From contig NW_025767035.1 of NCBI RefSeq assembly GCF_003918875.1, positions 3,410,001 through 3,474,000 on the forward strand: a stretch of DNA of 64,000 bases, read 5' to 3'. The position numbers were made by a program, and so were the translations under genes. Source of the DNA: Haliotis rubra (taxonomy: Eukaryota). Below, in pieces: positions 36,596 to 48,200 of the stretch (within the stretch, counting starts at the first letter, position 1; every line of letters starts with the position of its first letter). A model generated the notes under the pieces. It made no database searches. It was given only the letters and a program-made list of their open reading frames with translations, and was not told the DNA's origin.

Positions 36596-38050
36596 CGAGA
36601 AGGAGATGTATTTCTCCATGTTGTTTGGGATGCATTTGATATCGTCATCGACCTTCGAGATGGCCTGCATGATCAAGTGAGCATCGTACCCTCTCAAATT
36701 GTGGAAGACCACGGGGATGTTGATTTTTTTAATATCTAAGTTGCACGCGTTGTGAGCGGCGACTAAATATTTCAATTGAAACCTCACGCGACGCGTTTGG
36801 TTCCAATTGAAATTTAGTCGCCATCAATTCAGTAAAGCATGTCTCTGATTTTCAAACACACTAGGTTTATCTCCTCATTCCACACATCGACTTCTCTACT
36901 CCATATAGTGGGGATCCACGGGTTTGGGCGTTTCTGTCTTCTCGTCGACCGGTATGTTGGCCGGTGTGCTAGCCGGTGTGCTGTGCTTCCAGGTCTTGTG
37001 GACGACCTTCCAGAGAAACACGGCGGCTAGCGAAAGGCTGGTCCACCTTTGAGCCGATTCTACCATCTGCCGCACCTTCTCGATATCCAGACGAGTCTCT
37101 TCTTGTTCCTCCTCAACGCTTTCTATTTCCTGCCGGAGTTCTTCGTCGTCTTCCTTGTCTTGTCGACCAACAAGTTCGTGGTTTGCTCCGCACGAGCTGA
37201 CAACATCGTCGCGGTTTGCTCCACACGAGCCGACAACATCGTCGCATTTTGTTCCACACGAGCCTCAAGCCTCCCCAAGCGGTAGTAGAATTCCTGGACG
37301 GTGGCCGCAGTCGACGGTTCTGCAGCAGGCAATACGGTTGTGCTGGAGGTAGACGTCGGATTTAGAGCTATCTCGCCGGCGGGCAAGAGGGTGTTCTGCG
37401 GTTGGCAATACGGATGTGCTGGAGTTCGGATTTGTAGCGGGGGAGGAAGAAATGGGCTTTGTAGGTATTTGCATATCTTCTTCTGTATTCCATATTTTGC
37501 GTAGTCGATTGGAACCAATTCCAAATCGTTGTTTCGTTTCTTGTGCAGAGATTTTTCCACGCATCTTGCGAATCTCCTCCACTTGGTCTTGCGATAGTTG
37601 TCTTTTCGGAGTCATTTTGTTTGTACAATATATCTGCATTCGCACAATTGTCTATATGGAAAAACTAGGCAGAACCTAGGCGGACTAGGCAAACTAGGCA
37701 AACTAGGTACAAACTAGGTGCAAACTATGTACAAACTAGGTGCGAACTAGGTAGAACCTAGGCAAACTAGGTAGAAACTAGTTCTGTGGAATAGGACGGC
37801 GTCACGACTTACGCGTACGGACACACGCGCATAAACCACTGAATAGACCTCGACGTGTTGGGAGTTTCTAAGACCCCTTATAAAGGAAACTCCACTCGGC
37901 ATGTCGAGGTCTAGTCAGTGGTTGCTGAAAAAATGATAGACACTTTGCGAGTTTAACGGGTCTAGGCTGGCGAGCTCGGCTGTACATCGAATGATGTCTC
38001 TGCTCGAAAATCACTAGGCGCTGGGAGCGGAATTACGTAGAAATCAGCTA
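36596..38050 (-). mobile_element. Polinton/Maverick-like remnant: protein-primed DNA polymerase B fragment (36760-36596), frameshifted accessory ORF (about 37615-36896), AAACTAGG repeats and hairpins
   Basis: AAHNACNL...IPVVFHNLRGYDAHLIM...IKCIPNNMEKYISFS matches the exonuclease-II region (HNxxxYD) of protein-primed PolB; GC-richer, intronless segment. The right boundary is approximate. Confidence 0.75.
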
Positions 38051-39291
38051 TAAGGTACCCTGTAATAGAACCATCATTATATAACTACTCAATTCATTAA
38101 TCTTCGAATGGGAAGAATTATGTTCCAGTGATCACCGTGTCAGTACCCTCAAATGTGGTGGAATGAATGTCCTAATAACACAAAATATTACTGAAGTTCC
38201 GAAGCTTTCATGGATTAGAATTACCAGTGGTAATTAAAATAGTCAACCTTTGCACTAGCTTATATTATAAAACAGAACAGATTATGGTTGGCAAATTTGG
38301 TTTATATTGACAGCAATGGAATTTCCAAAATTTCATATTGATACAAACGCAAGAAATAGTAACCATTGTGGCACAATATTAATGTCACAGTTATGGGGAA
38401 TCATTTACACATGTTGAATAATATAATGCTATACTTTACGATAAATGTACAATATTTATCTAAATTTACCTAAAATATATCATTTATACTGATTTGCTCA
38501 CATTTCAAGGAATTGAAAATGATGTTCTTAAGTTGTACCAGTGGAGAAACATAGATGTGTTTATTGGATACGCAATGTCACCTCGCCCTTTTAATGTGAG
38601 CATGTTAAAGCATGTTATAAATGTAGTAAATGTTTTACAAGATCTTTAAATAAAAACACAAAACCTACAAGGACGCACAGTCACATAAATTAGGAAGAGT
38701 TTTCCATAAACAGTATGTTGGTAAAGTTTGAGAAATTTAATTTACAGGCAGATCGGTGTCCGGAAAGAAATGGAAAGAAAGTACTCCAAATCAAAATAAC
38801 TCCGTAGACTATTACTAGTATAAATACATTTATGATTAAAATTAATATAAGGTGATCATTTTTGCATATAATAATATACTAGTATTGTATTTAGGTAACA
38901 TTTATGAACATAATAAGACCAACCAGAAGTGTTATTTTCCACAACTTAAAATGAAATGTTGAACTAGTATGACAAAAATACAATTACGTGTCTCCTGTAA
39001 ATGCTGTCATTTCAAGTTTTTCTCCTATGGTCATCATAGTAACACTTTGTACAGAACTGGTGTAATAGACCCATTTAAATGTTTGCCCAACCTAAACATA
39101 TTAATTGAGCATAAGAAATGACGAGAGTGACAAGATATAAAAAATTGTTTTAGTCTCCTTATCCATTGATACTTGAATTCGATCTGGTGTATTGTGTATT
39201 CTTCGAATATATTATTATGGCTGGTTTGAACTATTTGGATTATAAAAGCAAAATATCTGACATCTAGTGTAACCGTGACTGGGGATTTTGG

Positions 39292-42200
39292 TTACATGTG
39301 AGTCGTCGCAGTCTCCACCTGAATGTCTCCTGAAACAAACGAAAGGTACATACAGCTGTGATTTATTTTCCTTGGAATAAATATTTTACTGTCAACTGGT
39401 TTTCTTTCTAACTACTCCTAAATCTGATAAAATTTTCATATAACAGGATTTGTGCACAAAATATTTATTGGAGCAAAAGAAACAAACAACTGTACTTTCA
39501 GAAATATTGGTGATTTGTCGCCGTTAAATAGTGATGACACCAAAAGTTCCATTTCGCGACCTTTCGTTTCGTCATGTGGTGTACGTCAAGGATGTGTTCT
39601 AAGTCTGATATGGTTTAGTTTCTTTGTATAATAGCTGAAGTCATGTATGAAAATTGTGATCATGATATATGTGTCAGCCAGTATATAAGGGATATGCTAA
39701 AAGTATCATCAACGTACAGGAAAGTATCTTCAGGGTAGATTGTTTGTTTTAAATTGCTACTAATACTCTTCCCTCCATATGACCTATATACTGAATACAA
39801 TTGTTACATGACGGATTTGAAAATGCGTTACTGAGTTAAATAGTTATTGCATTTTAGTGAAATTAAATGATACAATTGTGACTCTTTCATGAGCAATATT
39901 ACAGCTGTATGAGGTTGTTTTAAACAAATCGGGTCTCAGCGCTACCAGTTACCTTCAGAGCCAATATGCAGATGCATATCACCCTATGTTCTTTCTGGAT
40001 GCGATCAAATCATCTATTTGTGGGATTACCTGTCAGATTTCATCCAAAGTATCCCGACTAATACTAAAGGGTCTATCTGTAGCAGTTTTGTGATCCGCTT
40101 TAAACGTACCTTTGCTAATGCTATTTGTGTCTCCTGACGTGCTTTTTGTAATTGTAGTATTATCCAGAACCAGCCCTCTCAGCTTATAATGAAGCCACCT
40201 GCAATTCAAGTACAGACGGAGAATGATCATTGCAAACTATTTATGATCATATAAAAACACATGACACAATATACTAATGGTATTTTGTTTTGGTATTTTG
40301 TAGATTTTCCCACTCACAGTATGATGACTCCAGCAACGACAGACAGACCAGCAGCCAACATGAAGCTGAGGCCAGGGAAGAAATCAAGGGTTGCTGGGTA
40401 GAGTTCGTTGAAGAGGAGGGATGCCACCAATACAGAAATGCTATTCAAGGCAGCCACGAGTCCAAAAGCTCGTCCTGTGAACAGATGATGAACACGCGGA
40501 ACCTGGATATCCTTACATATTTATACAACCTTCTGTAGCATAGTCTTTGCATTTAAGTACAGAAAAAACGGTTGCCCTGATTCAGTTTTACTTTTGCGGT
40601 GACCTCTAAAATAGTCTAACAATACTCTTTGCCAAAGATCCTTCACATAATGTTCAAATTTCTTTGTCCTGCATGCCAAGTTGAATCCGGCGTGGTTTTA
40701 CAATTGACATTTTTTTCTTTCGTGAGCGTTTTAGAAGTATTGCATCTCTTGCGTTCCAAACTTTGCCTATTGAATCTTTACAACATGAGACCCGTGAAGA
40801 TCCGGGGTAGAATAGGTCTTCAGCAACCCATGTGCTTGCCATAAAAAGGCGACTATCTTGTCGTAAGAGGCGACTAACGGGATCGGGTGGTCAGTTTCGC
40901 TGACTTGGTTGACACATGTCATCGGTTCCCAATTGCGCAGATCGATGCTCATGCTGTTGATCACTGGATTGTCTGGTCCAGACTCGATTATTTACAGACC
41001 GCCGCCATACAGCTGGAATATTGCTGAGTGCGGCGTAAAACTAAACTCACTCACTCACTCACTTTACAACATGAAGTTTGTTCTTAACCCTACCCTGTTC
41101 ATCCTGGCTGACCAAACTGGGCAGGAGTGACCGAATAGCAGTTGATGTAAAGCCTTGAAACATGGAAATCAACGGCACTAAAATGAAAAGATGTGTTTCC
41201 ATACATCAGTGGTATATGTGACAGATACATTTGACGCACATGCTTAGATATGCAATTACATTGTGAATGATATTGATATTGAACGTTTATACACTCTTCA
41301 AAAAAAAAGAAACGCATAAGCCATGTTTGGAAGAATTCATTGCGTTAGTCTAAGCGCAATTACTTCATGTAATTTCAATGGTAATGAAGGTGAACAATCC
41401 CTGTTTACTTGAGTCTACAAGATGGCGTCAAAGTCAGTACTTTTTATGGCCACCATTGGCAGAAAATACTGTTCGGCACCGACTCGGTACAGACTAGATA
41501 AGTCAACGAAGTCGCTTTTGCGGAATTCTTCCCCGCTCTTCCTGCAATGCGATGGGCAGTTGTTGAAGTGTCTCATGCGTGTTTTGATGTTGACGCACAC
41601 ATCGATCGAGTTCATTCCATAGGTGTTCTATCGGATTAGATCAGACGATCGGGAAGGCCATGGCAAGACATTGACGTTAGAATTGGCATAGTAGCGGACC
41701 GTGACGCGTGCTGTATTTGAAGTAGCGTTGTCATGCTGAACTCCCTCTGTAGGTCCATAATCTGAAGTGAGTGAGTGAGTGAGTGAGTTAAGATTTTAAG
41801 TCACATCGGCAATATTTCAGCCATATCGTGACTAAAGCAAGTTATAAATATATCAACAATTTACGTGAAATTATAAAATTCTGCCAACGAAGGACAGTAA
41901 AATAACTAGGTTATCACAGATATATATGTAAAACTAGTAATTGAATCTAAAACATTTTAACTATAGGGGACAACACAATATAAAAAATGGGCTATAGATC
42001 GCTAACAACTGAAGTTAGATCACCATACTAGAGACCATGGGGACTTACAGTACATTTGCTTCCTGCATGGGCCCTAGCTGGATTCACATCATCCCTTCAG
42101 CTGTTAGCAATTGAGATAAATCTAGCCATACGTTAAAATTACACATATTCTACGATTAAAAAACGGAGAGTTGAAATTGACTTTGAATGTACCCTCTCGT

Positions 42201-45200
42201 ACCCTCTCGGGAGGACAATAATTTTACAGTACTTTAACCCCCCTCGAGGATACAGCCACTAACAATCTGTGTTACTAATTCGAACTTCCAATCATAAAAT
42301 ATTTATCTATTTACAAATCTGTTAACAAATCTAATTCTTTTAAAAAGGCAATAACTAAATGAGAACTAGCATTATTAAAAAGATCCTTCAATGTTTTGAC
42401 ATTAAAATACTTATCCCTTGTGATGGAATATTCAATGCAGTCAAGCAAGACATGCTTGACTGTGATCCTTTCATCACAAGGGATACAAAACGGAGGATCT
42501 TCGCCTTTCAATAAATATTCATGAGTATATCTGGTATGGCCAATGCGACATCGTCGCATAATGACCTCTTCAAATCTGGACGGACAACCCAAGTAGGTGT
42601 AACCAATATAGGGTTTTATTGCATGTAACTTATTAATACCTACTTGGGCGTCCCACTTCTTCTGCATCAGATCACGGATGTATGTTCTAATGCCAGCTTT
42701 ATAATCAGAGTATGGAATAAGAAGTGGTGTCACAGATTTGTTGAGTGCTGCCTTAGCAGCAAGATCAGCCATGGTATTCCCAGAAATGCCAACGTGGCTG
42801 GGTAACCAACAAAAGACGATGTCGCACTGGCCAGTAGCAAGCTCATTATACAATTCAATAATTTCTAATAAAAGTGGATGTTTACAAGAAATATTTTTAA
42901 TAGCCTGAAGACATGAAAGGGAATCGGAAAAGATTATGTACTGTTTATGTTTAGGATGTCGTTGAATATATTTAAGAGCCGTTAATATGGCGTTTGCTTC
43001 AGCTGTAAATATAGAACTGTTATCGGGTATTCTAGAAGATATTGTTCGGGATCCAATGACAGTGGCACATGCCACTGCGCCACCATCCTTGGACCCATCT
43101 GTAAATAAGGATTTGTATGTATTATATTTATTTCTTAATTGACTAAATTCTTGTTTATACTGTAATTCATTTGTTTCTGATTTTTTAAATGTAGTTAATG
43201 TTAGGTCAACTTGTGGCCTAACCAATTGCCAAGGCGGAGAAGAAAGAAGACGGGAAGGAGCTATATTTTCCAGCTCAATGCCGGCAGCAGAAAGAAATGG
43301 TTTAATTCTTAAACCAAGAGGCAAAACAAGAGAAGGCTTTTTGTTGTACAACTCCTCATAAGAAGGATTGAAAACACAGTTAAATGCAGGATTAGACTTG
43401 GGTAAGGGATGGCTCATCAGCCTCAACATAGAGACTATCAATAGGAGAAGTTCTAAAAGACCCAAGACAAAGTCTCAGACCTTGATGGTGGACTGAATCT
43501 AAGAGTTTTAAGTTGCTTTTACAGGCTCCACCATATACGATGGAGCCATAATCAAGCTTCGAGCGGACAAGTGATCTGTAAAGGTGTAGGAGCGTAGTTT
43601 GATCCCCTCCCCACCTTGAATTAGACACGACTTTCAATAAATCGAGTGCCTTCAGGCATTTAGTTTGTAGGGATTTAATATGCGGAAGAAAGGTTAAATG
43701 GGAGTCGAAAATCAGACCCAAGAATTTGGCCTCTTTGACAACCTTGATGGGAGTGCCATTTAAAAACAGTTCGGGGTCTTTATGAGGCTTATATTTTCTA
43801 CAGAAGTGTAGACAATTAGTTTTTGATTTAGAAAATTTGAAGCCGTTTTCAAGACACCATTTATTTATTTTATTCAAACACAACTGCAGTTGGCGTTCAA
43901 TAGTATGCATATTCTTACCGCGACAAGAAATGTTAAAATCATCCACAAAAAGTGATCCATCAATTGAATCGTTTAAAACCTTGGATAAACTGTTGATCTT
44001 AATGCTGAATAAAGTGACAGACAAAATACTGCCTTGTGGGACACCCTGATCCTGATTGTAATGGTCAGACAGGGTTGAACCCACTCGGACTTGAAATTGC
44101 CTGTCTTTTAAAAACTGTGATATAAAAAGAGGTAAACGACCCCTTAAACCAAAATCATGTAAATCCTTTAAAATGCCATGCTTCCAGGTTGTATCGTACG
44201 CTTTCTCGAGATCAAAGAACAGCGATACTGCATGTTGTTTATTAACTATTGCATTTTTGACAAAGGATTCTAATCGTACCAAATGATCAATGGTACTACG
44301 ATTTTTCCTGAAACCACATTGAATATTTGTTATGAGATTATTGGTTTCAAGATACCATGTTAATCGATTATTTACTATTCGTTCCATGGTTTTACACACA
44401 CAACTCGTTAAAGAGATTGGTCTGTAATTAGACGGATCAGTATGATCCCGGCCAGGCTTTGGTATAGGGACTACAATGGCTTTACGCCACGAAGTTGGGA
44501 AATTCCCTGAAGTCCATATTTGATCAAAAATTCCTAAAAGGATTTCCAAACATGATTCAGGTAAATGTTTCAAGAGCTGATAGTGAATGTTATCAGCTCC
44601 TGTTGCTGTATCATGAGCTTGCTCAAGGGCGGTATGGAGCTCATGTAACGAAAATAGTTCGTTATAATCTTCACCATTGTCAGAGTTAAAATTTATTCTT
44701 TTCTTCTCCTGTTGTTTCTGATACTTTTGGAACTCAGGGACATAATTTGATGAAGATGAATGCTTTGCAAGAGTTTCACCAAGTTTATTTGCAATGTCAG
44801 TTTTATTAGTCAATAAATTATCACCGTCCTTCAAATGATGAACGGTACATTTGGAACCTTTGCCCTTTATTCTTTGTATCATGTTCCATACCTTTGACAC
44901 AGGTGTACGCGAATTTATTTTAGAAATATAATTTCGCCAAGACTGACGCTTATTTTGTTTAAAAGAACGTCTAGCCTTAGCATTAGTAATTTTGACTTTG
45001 TTTAGATTATGGACAGTAGGGTGTTTGCGAAAATATTTTTCGGCTTTCTTCCTACATTTTCTGGCCTGTTTACATTCATTATTGAACCATGGTTTACGAA
45101 TATGTGGAACTGTAGAGGACTTAGGAATTGTTTTGTCAGCAATGTGATTTAGTATATCAGAAAAAGACTGTATAGGATCTTCACTGTTCCTAAAAAGATC

Positions 45201-48200
45201 ATGCTTCAAGTGTTCAACACACAGAGTCTTATATAATGACCAATCAGCCCTGGCGAAGTTCCTTCTTGATACAGGTGGATCATCACCAGGGCTGATGTTT
45301 TTGAGAATGGTGGGGAAGTGATCACTCCCACATAGGTCATCACAGACCATCCATTCAAATTCATTAAATAAGTTGGAATCAGCTAGCGATAAATCCAGGG
45401 ACGAATATGTTCCCGTAGCTGGATGTAAATAAGTGGCTGAGTCGTCATTGAAAATGCATAAATTATTATCGGAGATGAATTCCTCAAGGATTTTGCCTTT
45501 ATTATTAGTATGGACACTTCCCCAAAGCGGGTTGTGTCCGTTCAGGTCGCCCATGATAACACATGGCTTTGGAAGCTGATCATAGAGATTTTGAAGATCT
45601 GATTGTCGAATATTTGAAGAAGGAGGAATATACAAGCTGCACAGGGTCAATGCAATGTGCAGGGTTAAACGAACAGCAACTGTCTGGAGATTTGTATTAA
45701 GTGGGACAGGGCTATGTATGACACCCTGCCGCACCAAAATTGAAGCACCTCCTGTTGCTCTATCTCCTGGAGGAGAGAATGAGTGGTAATCGCTGTACTG
45801 CCGTAAATCAAAATTTTCTGTATTTTTTAGATATGTCTCTTGGAGACATAATACTGACGGTCGAAAATCTTGAATTAGTAACTGTATTTCGTTAAAGTTA
45901 TTTTTAAGTCCTCTGCAGTTCCACTGAATTATATTGGCCAACTGAGTCATGGTGGCTCAATTGGCGATCGTTCACGGGTATGTGAGGAGGAGCTATCCCT
46001 CCGCCTGTCCTGAGAGGACAGAGCAACCTCCATGTCTAGAGGTTCAAACGGGTTTTGAAGAGGAACCTCGGAAGGTGAAGAGACAATAGGTGGTTGTTTT
46101 CTGTTTAACTTTTTTCCTTTTTTCTTGTTGGTTTGGTCAGTAGCTGGTTGAGAAGATGGCTGTGAAGCAGACGTCTTGGATGTCGCAGGCTGAATTCCAG
46201 TCTGAGATCCAGACGCAGTCTGAGTAACTTTAGAAGAAGGTGGAAGGGCTGACGCTGTAAGGGTAGGTTGTGTTGATTTGAGCCATGTGAAGTCGGTCTG
46301 ACATGAAATGGAGGACGTTGCAACATGGCGTGTGACTGCAGTGACGTTGTTAGATGTAACAGCATGGGAATATAAAGTAGTTGAACTGGTTGGAAGAGGT
46401 ACCAGCTTTTTAGCTTCAAAATATGAAATATTGTTAGTGCATTTGAGTTTCTGAATTGTTTGCTCACGATGATACAAGGGACAGGACTTGGAAGAAGCCA
46501 CATGATCTCCTTCACAGTTTGCACATTTGATGGTATTAGTGCATTCAGTTAGGTCATGAGCATCACCACAACGGGAGCACACCGTATGATTGCGGCAGAA
46601 CTTGGCTCCATGACCAAACCTTTGACATTTGAAACATCGGAGTGGAGTTGGCACATACACCTCTACTCCAATGTTAAAGTAACCAGCCTTTATGCACTTC
46701 GGAAGAGCCGAAAGTGCAAAAGTAAACAAGTATGTGTTCAGTTTAATAACTGTTCCATCCTCTTTCTTTTTTTGAAAATCGCTTTACAGCGACTACCCCT
46801 TGATTCTGTAATTCAGTCACAATGTCCTCCTCATTCATGTCAGAAAGACAATGAGCCCTGTCTCGTACTATGCCTCTGCAGGAATTCAGAGTCCTGTGTA
46901 CAGAGACAACAACCGGTGTATTCACAAACTGTTTTAATTTCAACAGATTGTCCGATTGCTGCCTCCGTGTACATTCCACTAACAGAGAACCATTACGGAG
47001 TCGTGTTACATCCTTAACTTCTCCACAGACACCTTGTATGCCCTTGGAGATAGCGAAGGGGTTTAATTTTAAAGGATTTTCATTTGCAGATGTGATAACA
47101 ATGAACCTAGGCCATGATTCAACAAATTCAGTAGATTCTTCATCAGAAGATGAAGATTCTATGCACCTACGTTTATGCTTTGAGGAACCAGATGGAATTG
47201 TAAGAGCCATAGTGTAGGGAAAGTGTTCAACATCCCTGCTCCCCACCCACCATGGAGTGTCAACAAGGACGATGGTACAGCTGAAACCAGCATGTTCCAC
47301 CAGGGTTACAAGGATGCTATACTCCAGCAAATAAACACTTGAATAGCTGTCGAATCTAACAGAATAAATGTCAGACTGGTTCGCCCTTGACACCTTTCTG
47401 GAGAAACACAGAATTCAGAGGTCTCTATTGCCAGATTGGCCCATGAGCCACCGCCTTCTGGCATAGGACTCTAGGCAATTAAATGGATCAATAATTTATA
47501 AGTACAAATCAAAATTTCAATAGAACATTTTATTGATGACATTCATTTTAATCAATCACAATAGTGTTGAAAAATACACAATTTAAAAATGAATGTTTCC
47601 ATGCGCAGGGCATGACGTGACCAGCCGATTGGTTGAACCGGGCCAGTTCAACCACCCGTCTAGGTGAAGTAAGGGGCGAAGTGGTGTGTTGGGCAAAGGA
47701 ACACTGTTCCTGGCCCCAGTGCCCTCAACCACCAGCTTCCCGTCCTCCACCGACACAGGGGCGCAACCCACGGCCAACAGGTTGGTGGACCTAATATCCC
47801 CCCGGGTCCACAACGGGGGTTGAAGGGCGCTTAGCGTGACCCAGCACCCACCACGAGGAGGTGGCCCTTCATGGGTGCCCATAATCTGAAGTGTGTGACG
47901 TGCAAGGACTTCGTTGATGCACCGATTTGCTGTCAATCAGATCTCTGTGTGTTGGATGTCTCACCCAAAACCATGACACAGCCCTCAAAAGAATCTGTCG
48001 ACCTGTCGAATGCAATTAGGGGCAAAACGTTCATTTCTATGACGGTGGACACGTTCTCTTCTAGCGAAAAAGAAATCGTGATTCATCACTGAACCAGATT
48101 CGCCTCCAGTTTGTAGGGTTCCAGTTCCTGACTCTACAACATCACCGCAAGCGGATTGCGTCGATGGCAGTCTCTCAAAACAGGGGCGACAATTGGCCTT

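Larger units (their letters stand above)
41770..47878 (-). mobile_element. Full-length I/Nimb-group non-LTR retrotransposon (about 6.1 kb)
   Basis: 15-bp TSD CCATAATCTGAAGTG (41755-41769 and 47879-47893); ORF1 gag-like; ORF2 APE-RT-RNase H; (ACTC)n 3' tail. Confidence 0.96.

Noticed and set aside
46760-46780. Programmed -1 frameshift in LINE ORF1 at the A7 run
   Set aside because: The frame change needed is +1; a homopolymer error or mutation is the simpler explanation.
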